From Clostridia bacterium (GTDB lineage: Bacteria; Bacillota; Clostridia; TANB77; CAG-508), in assembly GCA_045643205.1 (NCBI GenBank), contig JAZUKI010000010.1, positions 1 to 64,000 of the forward strand: a stretch of 64,000 nucleotides of DNA. The letters run 5' to 3'. Positions within the stretch are counted from its first letter, which is position 1. Each line of letters begins with the position of its first letter. A program made the translations under genes and the position numbers. Shown here piece after piece: positions 61,401 to 64,000 of this stretch. Under the pieces are notes generated by a model. It was not told the DNA's origin. It saw only the letters and a list, made by a program, of their open reading frames with translations, and did not search any database.

Positions 61401-64000
61401 ATGAAAATAAAACGATTACTAGTTACAACTATAAGCATATTTTTAATTATTCTATTACTTCCAAAAAGTTATGCAGGACAAAGTAATGATGATATTATTA
61501 ATAGTGAAGACGTTGTAGCAAAAGTATATATTAATAATAAACTAGTTGCGAAAGATAGTCTGGTTGATGCTATTTTTGATGCAGAACCAGATTCAACAAT
61601 TTCAGTAGAAAAAGATACAACATTAGATGATAAAATTGTTCTTTTAGGAGATGAAAATAAAGACAAAGTTATTGATTTGAAAGGTCATACAATAACAATT
61701 AAAAAGAATTTAAACATAACTAAAGATAATATGATCTGGGTTCAAGGTGATAATATCGAAGAAAATTATAGTTTAACAATTAAAAATGGAACTATTATTA
61801 GTGATGATGATTACGATGCAATTATTTCTAGTAGAAAAGCAAAATTAATTCTTGAAAATGTAAATATTATAACATCTGCACAATCAGCTATTAATGCAAC
61901 ATGCTCAAGTGTTTATATAAAAAATACAAAAGAAGATGCAGAAAAAAATCCAATTACTATAAAAACAACAAACTCTATTGCATCAGTAATAAAATTAATT
62001 AATGGAGCATATTGTGACATAGGAAGAAATGTAAACATTGAAGGAGTAAAAGGAATTTGGGCACAAGATTCAACATTAATAGTTGATGGAACAGTAAAAA
62101 CAACAACTACTAAAATTAATACTGCCGGAATTTTTGTAGATTCAACTTGCAAGGTTACAGTTAATGGAAAAATTGAAAGTGCTTCAAATGGTTTACAAGT
62201 TAGTGGAGAAATTACAACAAATATTAAAGAATATCCAGACATCACAATTGGTTCAAAAGCAGAGATAACTGGAAACATAGATGGAATAGCACTTCTAGGA
62301 TATAATAAAACAACAATAAATGGTGGAGAAATTATTGGTACAAAGAATGGTATCAATGTTCAAGCTGGTAAATTAAAAATAAACAATGGAAAAGTAACTG
62401 CAGGAAAGAAAATAAACGATTCAGTAACACTAACTAAAAACGGAAATGCTATAAATGTTTCTCAAAACGATCAGTTATTAGCACTTGAAACACAAATTGA
62501 AGATGGAACATTTGAAGGAATTGCAGCAATTAATGAAACAGCAGGAAAAGCAACTCAAGAAACAGATTTAAAAAAAGTTAATATAAAAATTAATGGTGGT
62601 TCTTTCAAAGGAAAAACTACAATAGAAAATAATAAAATTAATTTTTCAATTTTTGGTGGAAGATATAATGGAGATATAACAATTCCAAAAGGTGAAAACT
62701 TCAGAGTAGAAGGTGGAATTTTTAAAGATGAGCGTATTAAATTTCCTAAAGTAGCAACAAAGGATTTTACAAATTTACCTACAGAAAATAAAAATGAAAT
62801 TGAAGTAATTCCTGATTTTACTGCACTTGAAAAGATAGAAGATGTTTTGGATGGAACAAATTATGATTTAAGAAATTTGTATAGTGGCAAAAATCTAACA
62901 GACCAATGCAAAGAAAAGATAATAAAAGTTGCTGAAATTAAATGTGAAAAAGATGGAATTATTGAAATTAAAAATGGTAAAATAAAACCAATTGCTCCTG
63001 GTGAAACTTCAATGAAAGTTGAAGTAGGAGATAAAATAAGTAATGTATCAATAAAAGTTTTAGAACATTCAATAAAAATTGTTTTAAATAAAGAAGTTGA
63101 TGTTGAAGTAGAAAAAATAGTAAAATCTGGAATCTTAGGACAACAAGTAGAAATTAATGCTAAAGAGATTGAAGGATTTACTTTTGATAAATGGAATGTT
63201 CCAGAAGAAAGTGCAAGTAAAATTTCAAATACAAATAAAACAAAAACAACAGCAATATTGGGAAAAGATGAAATGACAATTGTTGAAGCACACTATACAG
63301 AGAATCAACCAGAAATAATTAAAGATAAAACAACTTCTAAAATTATTAAAGGACAAGATACAAAAGTAACAGTTGCTTCAAATGGTGTATTTAGCAGATT
63401 TAGAGGAGTTAAGGTTGATGGCAAAACAGTAAAAGAAAAAGATTATACCGCTGAAAAAGGAAGTACAATTATAACTTTTACAGAAAAATATGTTAAGACA
63501 TTAAAAGCAGGAAATCATACTATTGAAATTTTAACAGGAAATAAAGTAGCCTCAACTATATTGGAAGTAACTAATAAATCAGAAAAGCCAAATAAAAAAG
63601 ATACAGAATCACAAAATAATCCAAAGAAGGATAAACCAAGCAATAACGGAAATGGTACTAATGGAAATAATAGTGAAAACAAAAATAATATAGAAAATGA
63701 TACTGAAGACAGCAGTAAGATTGTTAAACTAAATAAAACTGTTGCAGACTCTTCAATAAATGAAATCAAAATAGAAGAAAGCATGGTTAAAGAAGCATCA
63801 ATATCAGATATACTAATACCTAATATTAATAGTAATTATAACGATAATAGTACTATTACTACTGTTAGTGGAGGCCCTATAGTTGGTTATGCTGATGTAA
63901 CTAAATCTTTATTTAAAAATAATCAAAAAACACCTAAAAACAAAGAAATGGAAGAAAGTTTAGAATCTAATAATACAAACACCATACTTGCTACTGCAAT
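61401..64000 (+). CDS. Large secreted/surface protein, truncated by the window end
   Basis: Not in the ORF track (no stop in window). MKIKRLLVTTISIFLIILLLPKSYA signal peptide, beta-helix-like I.GG repeats, X2/Ig-like VKVDG...DYTAEKGSTIITFTEKYVKTLKAGNHTIEI segment. Frame was spot-checked only. Confidence 0.8.
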   Translation, partial: MKIKRLLVTTISIFLIILLLPKSYAGQSNDDIINSEDVVAKVYINNKLVAKDSLVDAIFDAEPDSTISVEKDTTLDDKIVLLGDENKDKVIDLKGHTITIKKNLNITKDNMIWVQGDNIEENYSLTIKNGTIISDDDYDAIISSRKAKLILENVNIITSAQSAINATCSSVYIKNTKEDAEKNPITIKTTNSIASVIKLINGAYCDIGRNVNIEGVKGIWAQDSTLIVDGTVKTTTTKINTAGIFVDSTCKVTVNGKIESASNGLQVSGEITTNIKEYPDITIGSKAEITGNIDGIALLGYNKTTINGGEIIGTKNGINVQAGKLKINNGKVTAGKKINDSVTLTKNGNAINVSQNDQLLALETQIEDGTFEGIAAINETAGKATQETDLKKVNIKINGGSFKGKTTIENNKINFSIFGGRYNGDITIPKGENFRVEGGIFKDERIKFPKVATKDFTNLPTENKNEIEVIPDFTALEKIEDVLDGTNYDLRNLYSGKNLTDQCKEKIIKVAEIKCEKDGIIEIKNGKIKPIAPGETSMKVEVGDKISNVSIKVLEHSIKIVLNKEVDVEVEKIVKSGILGQQVEINAKEIEGFTFDKWNVPEESASKISNTNKTKTTAILGKDEMTIVEAHYTENQPEIIKDKTTSKIIKGQDTKVTVASNGVFSRFRGVKVDGKTVKEKDYTAEKGSTIITFTEKYVKTLKAGNHTIEILTGNKVASTILEVTNKSEKPNKKDTESQNNPKKDKPSNNGNGTNGNNSENKNNIENDTEDSSKIVKLNKTVADSSINEIKIEESMVKEASISDILIPNINSNYNDNSTITTVSGGPIVGYADVTKSLFKNNQKTPKNKEMEESLESNNTNTILATA

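Overview
Very AT-rich chromosome segment from a Bacillota member. The gene set and style suggest a reduced, gut-type Clostridia lineage, which is an inference. From ~3.75 kb onward it is mostly housekeeping: rbgA, mrnC, mutS2, secG, rnr, rpmF, rpmE, miaB, mutS, trpS, obgE, lexA, murB, holA, ftsEX, rsmE, rpoZ, PBP1A, cysS, ftsH, rplU, rpmA and five tRNAs. The most striking region is 135-3842. It is a tandem array of small, same-strand accessory genes (peptidase E-like, GNAT, nucleotidyltransferase-like, NUDIX, HIT) stacked in front of rbgA. The genes are separated by three displaced, mutually different copies of the rbgA 5' end (RBS + M...[N/S]IN[W/C], ending at AACTG[G/T]) and by a conserved ~50-70 bp palindrome-containing element at a fixed distance behind that point. 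This fits repeated site-specific insertion of integrase-less gene cassettes into the rbgA 5' end, each restoring the essential gene with a new N-terminus. No intact recombinase gene is present in the window. Secondary oddities: rplU-rpmA without prp and without the L27 leader peptide, an acyltransferase-GT8-GT8-acyltransferase operon, a tRNA-Gly(UCC) with C33, N-x-T-dense surface linkers, and tandem duplications spanning stop codons.
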